Below, one piece after another: positions 10,601 to 19,614 of a stretch of 64,000 nt of DNA. The position numbers and the translations under genes are program-made. The DNA comes from Candidatus Poribacteria bacterium (lineage in GTDB: Bacteria > Poribacteria > WGA-4E > WGA-3G). Under the pieces are notes generated by a model. That model saw only the letters and a program-made list of their open reading frames with translations, was not told where the DNA came from and did not search any database. Location: positions 4,320,001-4,384,000 of the forward strand of contig OZ240248.1 in NCBI GenBank assembly GCA_965198235.1, in the 5' to 3' direction. Each line of letters starts with the position of its first letter. The stretch's first letter is position 1.

Positions 10601-10973
10601 GACACCGAGTCCCATCTACCCTTATTATACTGTCTACATCCGTAAAAACGGCGACATCCGTTACGGATGTGCAAACGCCAAACAGGTGTTAGATCTGTTT
10701 GAAGCGTCGGTTGTCGGAAGAAGCGATGAATTGCCAGAGTTGTGTCTCCAATTCGACCAAGAGACACAAAACGGCAAGAATATGGAAGCGTATAATAAAC
10801 TTCTGAACGCCGTCATTGCTCACATCACACGATCACATCAAAAAACGCAAACCCAAAACTTGGGCAGAGGTGGCACGCGCGGTTTCAAACTACCAGTCGC
10901 ATCCGAAGCCCCCAGGGACTCCAGCGATTTTGAACTGGTAACGTGGCTAATCATCACAACACGACCATCTTGA
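7680..10973 (+). CDS. PLD-nuclease domain fused to an SNF2-family helicase (R-M associated)
   Basis: N-terminal LHGKMY...GSSNFT (single HKD-type motif). Helicase motifs LADSVGLGKT, IDESHNFRN, SATP, SEGQNLQ and QRFGRIDRIGS. Start ATG 7680. Confidence 0.88.
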   Translation: MSNQNTSLQSGIRDNLRRGTVYEFLAQEIKNGSLLSVVSAYFTINAFEALQKPLNQIDNLRFLFGDPDFIKSLDPSNTEKKAFGITDTGLELSKQLQQKPIAKACAEWIKEKVEIRSTRESNLLHGKMYHIANNGVEKAIMGSSNFTMRGLGLTQESNNIELNLEVDSDRDRSDLKAWFDEIWNDNKLVEDVKGKVLATLGQIGKDHAPELIYYKTLYELFRDEIETRKTNDQTLEDTHLYDTKIWETLYEFQKEGVKSVIARLLRHNGCILADSVGLGKTYTALAVIKFFELRNERVLVLCPKKLHDNWALYPAYNSQDTNPFLDDKFGYTLLSHTDLSRYTGESGGVNLENFNWRNFDMIVIDESHNFRNDTKPTRDDDGNFVRHSRYTRLLEEVIKKGTKTKVLMLSATPVNTSLTDLRNQIYLMTEKREDAFRKSLGIGNIRSMLQQAQKAFKTWEEDGEENGKKDKAKLLETLGADFFQLLGGVSIARSRRHIKTFYADEIDRIGDFPTPQKPENFHPPTDLTGELSYKALADQIGEFTLSIYQPSSYVISEAAKQRLADEKQKFRFNQADRERFLIGMMQTNFLKRLESSAHSLSETLERTVGKIDAMLKKIHKYEQNPRIQDAQADVLPDGDEDDEEFLINRARNPYHLSELDCTRWKKDLIKDKQILTAAWDKIKSITPARDGKLKAIKARIRDKVLNSTTDKDGKTNRKLLVFTTFKDTAVYLYENLSDIAAELNLNMAMVSGSSTYTTCGRNNFNAILTNFAPRARGRSDSTSEDVDLLIVTDCISEGQNLQDCDTVLNYDIHWNPVRIIQRFGRIDRIGSRNTTVKMINYWPTEDMEVYLRLQSRVESRMALADAAASGDDDPLNEFTYEQAQMELNFRDEQLKQLREDVLDLDDLSDGIVMSDFTFDYFFAQLLKYLERNRAELEATPKGAYAVTTNENSPTETGVIFFLQQLNATTDIEKKTPSPIYPYYTVYIRKNGDIRYGCANAKQVLDLFEASVVGRSDELPELCLQFDQETQNGKNMEAYNKLLNAVIAHITRSHQKTQTQNLGRGGTRGFKLPVASEAPRDSSDFELVTWLIITTRPS

Positions 10974-11079
10974 CTTTTTATAATAGTACATGGTATTATA
11001 TTTCAAACATTGATGTAGATGCTGATTGGTTCAACCTCGCGTAGCCACTTATCGCTTATAGGTAGACGAAAAATCGTCA

Positions 11080-11418
11080 ATGCGTAACGCACGTCCGCGG
11101 ACAATAAATTTTTACCAGATTCCAAACGGTCCTGAACCTTTTACAAGATGGTTACTTTCAATTCGGGATACAAGCATACGACGGATTCAAGCGCGAATTA
11201 TTGTTATTGAAACCGGCAATCTTGGCGACCATAGATCTGTAGGTGATGGGGTTTGGGAACTACGACTTGACTTCGGACCAGGCTATCGTATCTATTATGG
11301 TGAAGTAGATAACACAGTTGTTCTGCTCCTCTGTGGAGGCGACAAGTCTTCGCAGAGACGGGATATAGAACGCGCAAAAAACTATTGGAAAGAATACAAA
11401 GAGAGGCACAAACAATGA
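11080..11418 (+). CDS. RelE/HigB-like toxin (addiction module killer family)
   Basis: GNLGDHRSVGDGVWELRLDFGPGYRIYY...LLLCGGDKSSQRRDI signature. Confidence 0.9.
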   Translation: MRNARPRTINFYQIPNGPEPFTRWLLSIRDTSIRRIQARIIVIETGNLGDHRSVGDGVWELRLDFGPGYRIYYGEVDNTVVLLLCGGDKSSQRRDIERAKNYWKEYKERHKQ

Positions 11419-11804
11419 AAATCTACGGAACATGGCATGCTTTCCTCATTGAACAACTCAAGGAAAAAGAAGATGTGGGAGGGTTTCTCGATGCAGTCAT
11501 CGAAGAATATCAGATCCACCGGAATCTCGCCACAGTTCAATTGGCTCTTCAGTATGTCGTTGAAGCACAAGGCGGAATTTCCGAACTCGCCCCAAAAATA
11601 GACATTGAACCACAAGTACTCTCGGAAATGTTAGATAGCACTAAAACACCAAAGACTGACACGCTTAGAACCGTACTCATTGCTTTGGGATGCCATCCTT
11701 CAATTAAGTCTTTAGAAACTGTAAATACCCCTACTGCAGCCGCAACTGATGGATCTGCAGTTGCACCCATAGAGGCTGTAGACCCTAACCGTAACCTTGA
11801 TTAA
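11415..11804 (+). CDS. HTH antitoxin (addiction module antidote family)
   Basis: ATGA overlap with the toxin stop; ALQYVVEAQGGISELA...PKTDTLRTVLIALG helix-turn-helix pattern. Confidence 0.8.
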   Translation: MKIYGTWHAFLIEQLKEKEDVGGFLDAVIEEYQIHRNLATVQLALQYVVEAQGGISELAPKIDIEPQVLSEMLDSTKTPKTDTLRTVLIALGCHPSIKSLETVNTPTAAATDGSAVAPIEAVDPNRNLD

Positions 11805-11942
11805 TACCACGTTTCAATAAAGGAAAGAGGGATACACGCCTGAATAGAACTGCATAAGTCGTTAGAACCTATTCACAAATAGTTGAAAATAATAGGGGCT
11901 GGCACACACTGCCACCCCATTTTTTATAGGAATTACAGCATA

Positions 11943-14900
11943 ATGAACAAGGAAGCGATCAAATCTACCTTAGCAGCCATATCCGCTGGTGATCTTTTGG
12001 AAAAATCAAAAGACCTCTTGGCAACTTTAGGTTACTGTAGTGAACGGACGCTTGAACTTTCAGGAACCGTGGACGATTTCATTCAGGAATTTGAGGCACT
12101 GAATCCAAACACCAAGACTGAACAGGAATTCCGCAACAACGCCGAATCCGTGAAACTCGTGTTCCAGTTTACCAGCGACGAAATCGCTGATGACCTGCAG
12201 CAGACGCTTTTTGAATCCGCTTCTTTCGACAAGGGAAATACAGACAGTTTTCTTTTCTGTGCGGTTGAATTAAAGGATAACAATTATTCACGGACCAAAT
12301 ACGCCGAGTTTACACGAGAAATCAATAAGCGATTGGGCGCGCCGACTGTGGTGTTATTCCGCGTTGTAAATCGTCTGATCGTCGCTTTTGTCGGTCGCCG
12401 TCCACACAAGGCTGACACAGATCGCGATGTCCTGGAGCAGGTCACACTGATTAAAGACATCCGCCTAAACAATCCGCACCGTGCACATCTGGACATTCTG
12501 TCCGAACTCTCACTTGAAGAATGTGCTACGTGGATGGATGCCAACAGAAAACCAAAAAACTTCGACGGTTTGCTGGCAGCGTGGCTCGCCAAACTGGACA
12601 CCGAAGAACTCAATAAGCAATTCTATCGGAAACTGTTCGCATGGTATGAATGGGCAGTAGAGGAAGCGAAGTTTCCAACAGATGAAAACCGCGTTTTGGA
12701 ACCGGCGGAACATGTCATCCGCCTCATCACACGCCTGCTCTTTATCTGGTTCATCAAGGAAAAAGGACTGGTCGCCGAGGAGTTGTTTAACAAATCACAA
12801 ATCCAAGGACTGTTGAAAGAGGATGCCTTCGATAACGGTGATTCCTACTATCGTGTTGTGTTACAAAACCTCTTTTTCGCCACGCTCAACACCGAGATAG
12901 GCAATCGAAAGTTTAGCACCGTTGGCTACTCCACTCATCGTGATTTCTCACGGTACCGTTATAAAAATCAGATGCGCGACCCTGACAAACTATTGGGCAT
13001 GTTTGTTACAATACCTTTCATCAACGGTGGTTTGTTCGATTGTCTGGATAGCTGGGAAGCAACGGGTGAAGATAGTTACCGTATAGATTGCTTTTCCGAC
13101 AAACAGTACAAGAAACTGTCCATCCCGAACCGTCTCTTTTTTGACAACGTCCGAGGGCTGCTTCCCTTACTTGAGCATTACAAATTCACCGTTGAGGAAA
13201 ACACACCGATTGAGCAGGAGGTGGCACTTGACCCAGAATTGCTCGGCAGAGCATTTGAAAATCTACTCGCTGCCTATAACCCGGAAACCGGTGCAACGGT
13301 GCGTAAACAGACCGGATCCTACTACACCCCGCGTGCTATTGTCGATTACATGGTGGAAGAAGCGTTAGTCGCTACGTTATCCCAAAAATGCGACCCAACC
13401 GATGGCGACACCAAACTGTGGGATGAACGTTTACATTATCTCCTCGACTATGCCCAAACTTTCGATGATGCCAACGAATGGTTTGATGATCTTGAGACAG
13501 ATGGAATTGTCCGAGCAATTTCCGAACTCAAGATACTCGATCCGGCAGTCGGCTCTGGAGCGTTCCCAATGGGAATGCTGCACAAACTGACGCTTGCACT
13601 GCGGAGACTTGACCCAGACAACAGCCGATGGGAAAAGTTACAGAAGGAACGCGCGATACAACGAGCAGAAATAGCGTTTGATACACAGCACGACCCAACG
13701 CGGCGTGAAGAACTCATCGAAATCGATGAAACCTTTAAACGTTACCGAGATTCAGACTTCGGACGGAAGTTGTATCTAATCCAAAACAGCATCTTCGGCG
13801 TTGACATCCAACCCGTGGCGTGCCAGATTGCTAAACTCCGATTTTTCATATCTCTCGCAATCGAGCAGGAACCGGAGCAAGACGCAGAGAACTTCGGTAT
13901 CAAACCGTTGCCGAATTTGGAGACGCGCTTTATCGCGGCAAACACACTGATAGGGCTCACAGCACAACGGATGCTGACAAGTAACACCGCGCGAGATTTG
14001 GAACAGCAACTGAGCGACAACCGCGAGCGGCATTTCCACGCCACCGCTCGTCAGCGTAAACGTGAATGCAAGCGAAAAGACGAGAAATTGCGCCGGGAAT
14101 TGGCAGCGGAATTAAAAAGCATGGGTATGCCCGACAATGATGCTGAAAGGATTGCTCGTTGGGATCCTTATGACCAAAACGCCACAGCCAATTGGTTTGA
14201 CTCGGAGTGGATGTTTGGAATCATTGACGGGTTCGATGTCGTAATTGGCAATCCCCCATATATTAATATTGAGAATCTTCCTATTGCAACCAAGGATTAT
14301 CTGTTCAATAACTATCGATCCTGTCAAGGAAGAACTGATATTTACATTGCTTTCCTTGAAAAATCTATTTCTATCCTTAGTGTCAAGGGAATTATGGGTT
14401 TCATTCTTCCTTACGCTTTCGCTATGCAAAAATACGGCGAGAAAATGCGTCAGATCCTGATAGAAAATCATACTATTCGGGAAATCGTGGATGCCAGTAG
14501 TTACAGAATTTTTGAGAACGCTGTTGTGTATAACATCATCTTGACAGTTGGTAATCATAAAGTGCAAGACCATACGAAAGTCCGCTTACATCACAGCAAT
14601 GCAGATTTTGACGAGCGTGGAGGCGAGGAATTCTTGATTGATCAACACACCTTTGCAAAACTCAAAGATTCTCGCTTTGAAACCAACACTCATGTATTTG
14701 ACAGTATCGAGATAAAAGAAAAGATATGGCGGAGCTCCGTTCGTTTCGACCAGATTTGCCTTGTTGCCTACGGTGCTCGACTCAATCACCGATCAAAAAA
14801 GTTGGGAAAAACGCACTATATCAGCCGGTCTCCAGTTTCAGTCAGCAAGAGGTTTTGCGAAGGAAAGAGCATTGAACGTTACTCGTTTGCTCAGGTGGGT

Positions 14901-15437
14901 TGGTTGAACTATAGACCAGATGAACACTACAACCCGATGTTTCCAGAGTTGTTTGAAAACAAGAAACTAATGTTCATCAATGTTGTGAAAGATCGGTTGC
15001 GCTTCGCTTATGACGATGAAGGTTTTTACAACAGTCACACAGTTGTAAATTGCGTCCGATTGGATTTGCTTTTAGGCGTATCCCATGTCTCCGCACGTCG
15101 CGCGGTCCGAAGTGTTGATATCAATCTCGCCAAGAAGTATGATTACAAATTTCTTCTGGGAGTTCTAAATTCTAACTTTATGAACTGGTACTTCCGTAAC
15201 TTCTTAAGCGAGGGGCTACACTTTTATCCGAATGATGCCAAAGCGTTGCCTATCCCTGATGTAGCACCTGAACAACAAACTCCTATTATTGAACTTGTGG
15301 ATCAAATCCTTGATACCAAACGGGATAACTCGGATGCAGACACTTCTGTTTTTGAAAATAAGATTGACAAACTGGTATACGTCTTATACGGCTTAACCGA
15401 CGATGAGATTGCGATTGTGGAGGATGCGGTGGAGTAA
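11943..15437 (+). CDS. Type IIG (Eco57I-like) restriction-modification enzyme: adenine MTase with TaqI-like TRD
   Basis: PFINGGLF, GSYYTP, ILDPAVGSGAF (motif I), GNPPY (motif IV) and C-terminal IDKLVYVLYGLT. Possible D...ELK nuclease motif in the N-terminus. Confidence 0.9.
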   Translation: MNKEAIKSTLAAISAGDLLEKSKDLLATLGYCSERTLELSGTVDDFIQEFEALNPNTKTEQEFRNNAESVKLVFQFTSDEIADDLQQTLFESASFDKGNTDSFLFCAVELKDNNYSRTKYAEFTREINKRLGAPTVVLFRVVNRLIVAFVGRRPHKADTDRDVLEQVTLIKDIRLNNPHRAHLDILSELSLEECATWMDANRKPKNFDGLLAAWLAKLDTEELNKQFYRKLFAWYEWAVEEAKFPTDENRVLEPAEHVIRLITRLLFIWFIKEKGLVAEELFNKSQIQGLLKEDAFDNGDSYYRVVLQNLFFATLNTEIGNRKFSTVGYSTHRDFSRYRYKNQMRDPDKLLGMFVTIPFINGGLFDCLDSWEATGEDSYRIDCFSDKQYKKLSIPNRLFFDNVRGLLPLLEHYKFTVEENTPIEQEVALDPELLGRAFENLLAAYNPETGATVRKQTGSYYTPRAIVDYMVEEALVATLSQKCDPTDGDTKLWDERLHYLLDYAQTFDDANEWFDDLETDGIVRAISELKILDPAVGSGAFPMGMLHKLTLALRRLDPDNSRWEKLQKERAIQRAEIAFDTQHDPTRREELIEIDETFKRYRDSDFGRKLYLIQNSIFGVDIQPVACQIAKLRFFISLAIEQEPEQDAENFGIKPLPNLETRFIAANTLIGLTAQRMLTSNTARDLEQQLSDNRERHFHATARQRKRECKRKDEKLRRELAAELKSMGMPDNDAERIARWDPYDQNATANWFDSEWMFGIIDGFDVVIGNPPYINIENLPIATKDYLFNNYRSCQGRTDIYIAFLEKSISILSVKGIMGFILPYAFAMQKYGEKMRQILIENHTIREIVDASSYRIFENAVVYNIILTVGNHKVQDHTKVRLHHSNADFDERGGEEFLIDQHTFAKLKDSRFETNTHVFDSIEIKEKIWRSSVRFDQICLVAYGARLNHRSKKLGKTHYISRSPVSVSKRFCEGKSIERYSFAQVGWLNYRPDEHYNPMFPELFENKKLMFINVVKDRLRFAYDDEGFYNSHTVVNCVRLDLLLGVSHVSARRAVRSVDINLAKKYDYKFLLGVLNSNFMNWYFRNFLSEGLHFYPNDAKALPIPDVAPEQQTPIIELVDQILDTKRDNSDADTSVFENKIDKLVYVLYGLTDDEIAIVEDAVE

Positions 15438-15438
15438 A

Positions 15439-15565
15439 TTGTCTGAATCGCGGATTACACGGATTGCGCAGATTTCACGGACTTTTGGGATTTGCATCAT
15501 CCGTGTCAGTAGGATAAGTTGTCTGAATCACGGATTACACGGATTACACAGATTTCACGGATTTC
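15439..15565 (+). repeat. Two ~46-bp units (TTGTCTGAATC plus four RCGGATTAC-like 9-mers) spaced 80 bp apart
   Basis: Units at 15439-15485 and 15519-15565 separated by 33 bp of unique sequence. Confidence 0.9.
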
Positions 15566-15627
15566 AACCTGTGCTACATATACCCCTTGTGATTCAGATA
15601 GTCATAAGAATGAGGGATACTGCAAAA

Positions 15628-16035
15628 ATGAACAATAATCTAAAACATAAGGATGTAACTCAGAAGATTATCGGAGCTGCCTTTGAAGTACATAAGTTTT
15701 TAGGGAGCGGTTTCCAAGAGGTAATTTACCAACGAGCATTGGCATTTGAAATGAGGAAAGCAGGACTGGAGTTTGCCCGGGAAATTGAGCAGGATATTTT
15801 CTATAAGGATTTTCCAGAACCTATCGGCACACGTAGAGCAGATTTTGTGGTCGCAGGAAATGTGTTGGTGGAATTAAAGGCTATTACGGCATTAAAAGAT
15901 GTGCACGAGGCACAACTTTTAAATTATTTGAAAGCGTATCGGTTAGAAATCGGTTTATTACTCAATTTCGGGTCAAAGAGTTTGGAAATCAAAAGACTGA
16001 TTCTTACACAACCCACTCGCAGATTCAAGAGCTAA
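15628..16035 (+). CDS. GxxExxY family protein (PD-(D/E)XK-like)
   Basis: IIGAAFEVHKFLGSGFQEVIYQRAL, RADFVV...VELKA and QLLNYLKA..LEIGLLLNFG. Start at ATG 15628; the upstream ORF extension is repeat-derived. Confidence 0.93.
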   Translation: MNNNLKHKDVTQKIIGAAFEVHKFLGSGFQEVIYQRALAFEMRKAGLEFAREIEQDIFYKDFPEPIGTRRADFVVAGNVLVELKAITALKDVHEAQLLNYLKAYRLEIGLLLNFGSKSLEIKRLILTQPTRRFKS

Positions 16036-16059
16036 CGGAAGCAATAAAACAGCCTCTTC

Positions 16060-16373
16060 AATCCGCGTCATCTGCGTAATCCGTGATAATCCGCGATTCT
16101 GACAAATACACTCCCAATGATATAACAGAGCAAAACATGACACATAAGCCAGAAAGATAACCCCAATTAGAGAAACCCAAAAATCCGCGTCATCCGTGAA
16201 AATTCGAGATTCAGACAGACGCGCAGAGCAGTTCCGTGACAGCGACTCTTTCAATCCGCGTCATCCGCGTCATCCGCGTCATCCGCGATTCAGACAATAG
16301 AGAGAACCCGCCTCCAAACTTCAAGATTTCTCAATCTGCATCTGCGTCATCCGTGACAATCCGCGATTCTGAC
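16060..16373 (-). repeat. Four units of the same repeat in inverted orientation with unique spacers
   Basis: Units 16060-16105, 16182-16217, 16253-16297 and 16333-16373, each ending GATTCWGAC. Spacers of 76, 35 and 35 bp. Confidence 0.9.
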
Positions 16374-16458
16374 TTGTTCGCAAAATTGAGATTGCTAAAC
16401 GAGTGCATACATGGTATGATTTAACATTAGAGGGAATCCGCATCGTGGAGAACAGAAT

Positions 16459-16653
16459 TTGAACGCGCAAAAAACCGAACTGAACAGGATTTTGGAGATA
16501 ATCGGTAGAATAGCGGAAACAACTGCCGATGGCGACTACATTTACCGCGGTGAACCTCAACACTATGAGGAAGTATCCTCAAGTCTGTGGCGTGAATGCA
16601 GAAAAGAAGGAGACATAAAACATGCAAACACGGACAGATCAGGCATCTTATGA
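16459..16653 (+). pseudogene. N-terminal fragment of an FRG-domain protein
   Basis: YIYRGEPQHYEEVSSSLWR matches the FRG start motif. The ORF ends after 64 aa, out of frame with the overlapping TPR ORF. Confidence 0.6.
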
Positions 16654-17428
16654 AAACGCCATCCAGCACTATAACAAAGCAATTGAACGGAGACCCACCT
16701 TTGCCCAAGCCTATAACTATCGAGGCATCGCTTATGGCAATATAGGCGAAATTGACCGAGCCATTGAAGACTTTAATACAGCGATAAGACGCAAGGAAAA
16801 CTATGCCGAAGCCTACAGTAACCGTGGTGGTGCCTATCGTCTCAAAGGTGACTATGACCGCGCCATCAAAGACTGTAACACCGCGATAAGACTGGACCCC
16901 AATTTAGCAGAGGCATACAACATCCGTGGGGTGGCTTATCGACTCAAAGGCGAGTTTGACCTCGCCGTTGAAGACTATAACACCGCGATAGAACTTAATC
17001 CAAGTTTTGCTTATGCCTATTACAATCGAGGCATCGCCTACCAAGAAGAAAGACACGAGTTTGATCGCGCCATCAACGACTATAACAAGGCAATAGAGCT
17101 GAGACCAGACCTTGTCCATCCCTACAACAACCGCGGTAACGCTTACTCCCAAAAAGGCAAATATGAATTTGCCATCAAAGACTATGATAAGGCGATACAA
17201 CTCAAACCCGATTTACCAGAAGCACATTACAATCGCGGTATGGCGTTTTTACACTTACAAGAATGGAAAAAAGCCAAATCAAACCTGACTGATGCAAGAG
17301 ACATGCAAGAAAATATCATCATTGAGAACTTTGGTAAAGACTACGGAAGCATTGCAGACTTTGAGCACAAACATAATGTTAAACTACCGGAAGACATTGC
17401 CGCAATGCTAACTCCCCTACAGGTATAG
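16622..17428 (+). CDS. Tetratricopeptide repeat protein (probable C-terminal part of an FRG-TPR gene)
   Basis: About six 34-aa repeats of AYxNRGxAY...AIxDYNxAIxLxP. Confidence 0.88.
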   Translation: MQTRTDQASYENAIQHYNKAIERRPTFAQAYNYRGIAYGNIGEIDRAIEDFNTAIRRKENYAEAYSNRGGAYRLKGDYDRAIKDCNTAIRLDPNLAEAYNIRGVAYRLKGEFDLAVEDYNTAIELNPSFAYAYYNRGIAYQEERHEFDRAINDYNKAIELRPDLVHPYNNRGNAYSQKGKYEFAIKDYDKAIQLKPDLPEAHYNRGMAFLHLQEWKKAKSNLTDARDMQENIIIENFGKDYGSIADFEHKHNVKLPEDIAAMLTPLQV

Positions 17429-17463
17429 CACAGGTATAGCAGCGAAACAAAAACTGTCTCCTT

Positions 17464-17519
17464 AACGGATTACCTGATGTTACAGATTATCAATCCGCGT
17501 CATCTGTGGCATCCATGAT
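17464..17519. repeat. Degenerate head-to-head copy of the 9-mer repeat
   Basis: AACGGATTACCTGATGTTACAGATT followed by AATCCGCGTCATCTGTGGCATCC. Confidence 0.6.
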
Positions 17520-17593
17520 AAACTACAACGATCTGCGCAATTGGCATAAATTGCAAACGCATGCTATAATTTAAAATATAGAAAAGAAAATGA

Positions 17594-18475
17594 ATGGCAA
17601 ACTTTGATACCATCACGAAAACACAGGCGCGGACACATCCCATGGATTTCGTTAACCTCTGCTTTAAATTTGAGCAGCGGGATGTAGACTTTTTGGAGAT
17701 TATTACGCCTGAGCAGCCGACGGTTGAAATGCATCAGGCAGATATGCTTATCAAAGTGCGGCTCAGTGGTGAAGAGGTCCTGATACATTTCGAGTTTCAA
17801 ACGACTAACAGTTCCGATCCCGAAATGGCACTTCGGATGGCAGGTTATATCGTCCGAACGGTTGAAGCCTATAGGTTACCCGTATATTCCAGTGTCATCT
17901 ACCTTCGTCCCGATGCAGGTAGGAGTGATCCAGGACACTATGTGCAAGACATAGCAGGGCATCAAATCTTCATTGAATACCAAGTACTCCGTCTGATTGA
18001 AATGAATGGCGAACATATCCTTGATGCGAAGCCAGCAGGGTTAATCCCTTTCACACCTTTAATGAAACGTCCAGCAGATGTGAGTGCGGAGGAATGGCTA
18101 CGCCGCTGTGTTCAAATAGCGGATAGTATTGATGTGCCGAACAAACCAGTGTATCTCGGAAGCCTTGCAGTTTTGGGCAATTTAGTGTACGCGCCAGAAA
18201 CGATTTTGAACATTATTTTGGAGGAAACCATGCATCAACCTTCTATCGTCGAATACTTAGCAGAAGAGGCACATCAACAAGGGGCGAGAGAAACCGCTCG
18301 CGAGGATATCCTTGAGGTACTCTCACTCCGATTACAACCGGACACGCTGGACACCTTCAAACCGAGACTCGATGCCATTGAAGACTTGCAACACCTTAAG
18401 CGGCTGCTTCGCGCTGCAGCACTTGCTGACACGCTGGAAGACTTTATGCAAGTTTTGGACACAAACCAAAACTGA
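17594..18475 (+). CDS. Rpn/YhgA-like recombination-promoting nuclease (putative transposase)
   Basis: QADMLIKV...LIHFEFQT PD-(D/E)XK-like motif, RMAGY, VIYL, and a helical C-terminus LEVLSLR...IEDLQHLKRLLRAAA. Confidence 0.8.
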   Translation: MANFDTITKTQARTHPMDFVNLCFKFEQRDVDFLEIITPEQPTVEMHQADMLIKVRLSGEEVLIHFEFQTTNSSDPEMALRMAGYIVRTVEAYRLPVYSSVIYLRPDAGRSDPGHYVQDIAGHQIFIEYQVLRLIEMNGEHILDAKPAGLIPFTPLMKRPADVSAEEWLRRCVQIADSIDVPNKPVYLGSLAVLGNLVYAPETILNIILEETMHQPSIVEYLAEEAHQQGARETAREDILEVLSLRLQPDTLDTFKPRLDAIEDLQHLKRLLRAAALADTLEDFMQVLDTNQN

Positions 18476-18492
18476 CACATTAGACTTTACTT

Positions 18493-19614
18493 ATGGAAAC
18501 TTTTGACTGCGAACTAAAACAACAGGTCATCTTCGGTGACAACACGATTGAAAGACTCAGTGAGCTGACCCGTTCACTCGGAGGTAGCCGCGTCCTCATC
18601 GTGACAGATGCCGGTATCGAAAAGGCAGGCATCCTCGCGAGAGCCGTCTCAGCACTGCAAAGCGACAGGATCGCCGCTTATGTTTTTGCCGATGTTACTC
18701 CCAACCCGACGACAGAAGATGTTGATGCTGCGCTTGCGGTCGCGAAAACCAACGCACCGATAGACCTCATCATCGGACTCGGCGGCGGCAGTTCAATGGA
18801 TTGTGCGAAAGGCGCAAACTTCCTGCTCACAAACGGCGGAAAGATGGAGGACTACTGGGGCACAAATAAGGCAACACAACCGATGCTCCCCTCTATCGGC
18901 ATCCCGACGACTATCGGCACCGGCAGCGAGGCACAGTCCTTCGCACTCATCGCACAGGCAGATACACACATCAAAATGGCGTGTGGCGATAAAAAAGCAC
19001 GATTTGGCACTGTCCTTTTAGATGCGACGCTCACCAAAACCTTGCCGAGACCGATCGCCGCAATCACCGGTATAGACGCGATCGCACACGCTGTTGAAAG
19101 TTTTGTCTCAACCAGACACAACCCGATGTCCCAGATGTTCGCACGGCATGCATGGGAGTTGCTAAACACCCACTTTGAGGCATGCCTTGAATCCAACGGT
19201 TCCAAAGCCCGAAGCAAAATGCTGTTCGGTGCTTACCTCGCTGGACTCGCAATTGAAAACTCGATGCTGGGTGCCGCACACGCCTGCGCTAACCCTTTGA
19301 CAGCCAGATACGAGGTCATCCACGGCGTTGCCGTCGCGTTGATGTTACCCCACGTCATCCGATTCAATCGCACTGTCGCAGGAGAAGCCTATCGTGAACT
19401 GTACCCGGACGGCGACTTAGCAGACAGAATTACAGCACTCAAACAGATTGGCAATTTACCGAACAGACTTCGGGATTACCCCGTTCAATACACCATAGGA
19501 ACAGCAGACATACCGACATTGGCAAAGGAAGCGGCGACACAGTGGACAGCACAGTTCAACCCGCGTCCCCTCAATATTAGAGATTTTCTGAAACTTTATG
19601 AACAGGTTTATTGA
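18493..19614 (+). CDS. Iron-containing alcohol dehydrogenase
   Basis: GLGGGSSMDCAKG, IPTTIGTGSE, DAIAHAVES, AAHACA and HGVA motifs. Confidence 0.92.
   Translation: METFDCELKQQVIFGDNTIERLSELTRSLGGSRVLIVTDAGIEKAGILARAVSALQSDRIAAYVFADVTPNPTTEDVDAALAVAKTNAPIDLIIGLGGGSSMDCAKGANFLLTNGGKMEDYWGTNKATQPMLPSIGIPTTIGTGSEAQSFALIAQADTHIKMACGDKKARFGTVLLDATLTKTLPRPIAAITGIDAIAHAVESFVSTRHNPMSQMFARHAWELLNTHFEACLESNGSKARSKMLFGAYLAGLAIENSMLGAAHACANPLTARYEVIHGVAVALMLPHVIRFNRTVAGEAYRELYPDGDLADRITALKQIGNLPNRLRDYPVQYTIGTADIPTLAKEAATQWTAQFNPRPLNIRDFLKLYEQVY

Noticed and set aside
15403-15627. 75-aa N-terminal extension of the GxxExxY ORF, and ORFs 15973-16254, 16236-16424 and 16321-16563
   Set aside because: Translations of the 9-mer repeats (ITRI, IRVIRV); not credible proteins.
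15439-16373. CRISPR array
   Set aside because: Repeats are degenerate, internally tandem and in two opposite orientations, and no cas gene is present. Kept as a non-CRISPR finding.
17541-17556. sigma54 promoter TTGGCATAAATTGCA
   Set aside because: GG-to-GC spacing is 8 nt rather than 10; it fits better as a sigma70 promoter with TGCTATAAT.
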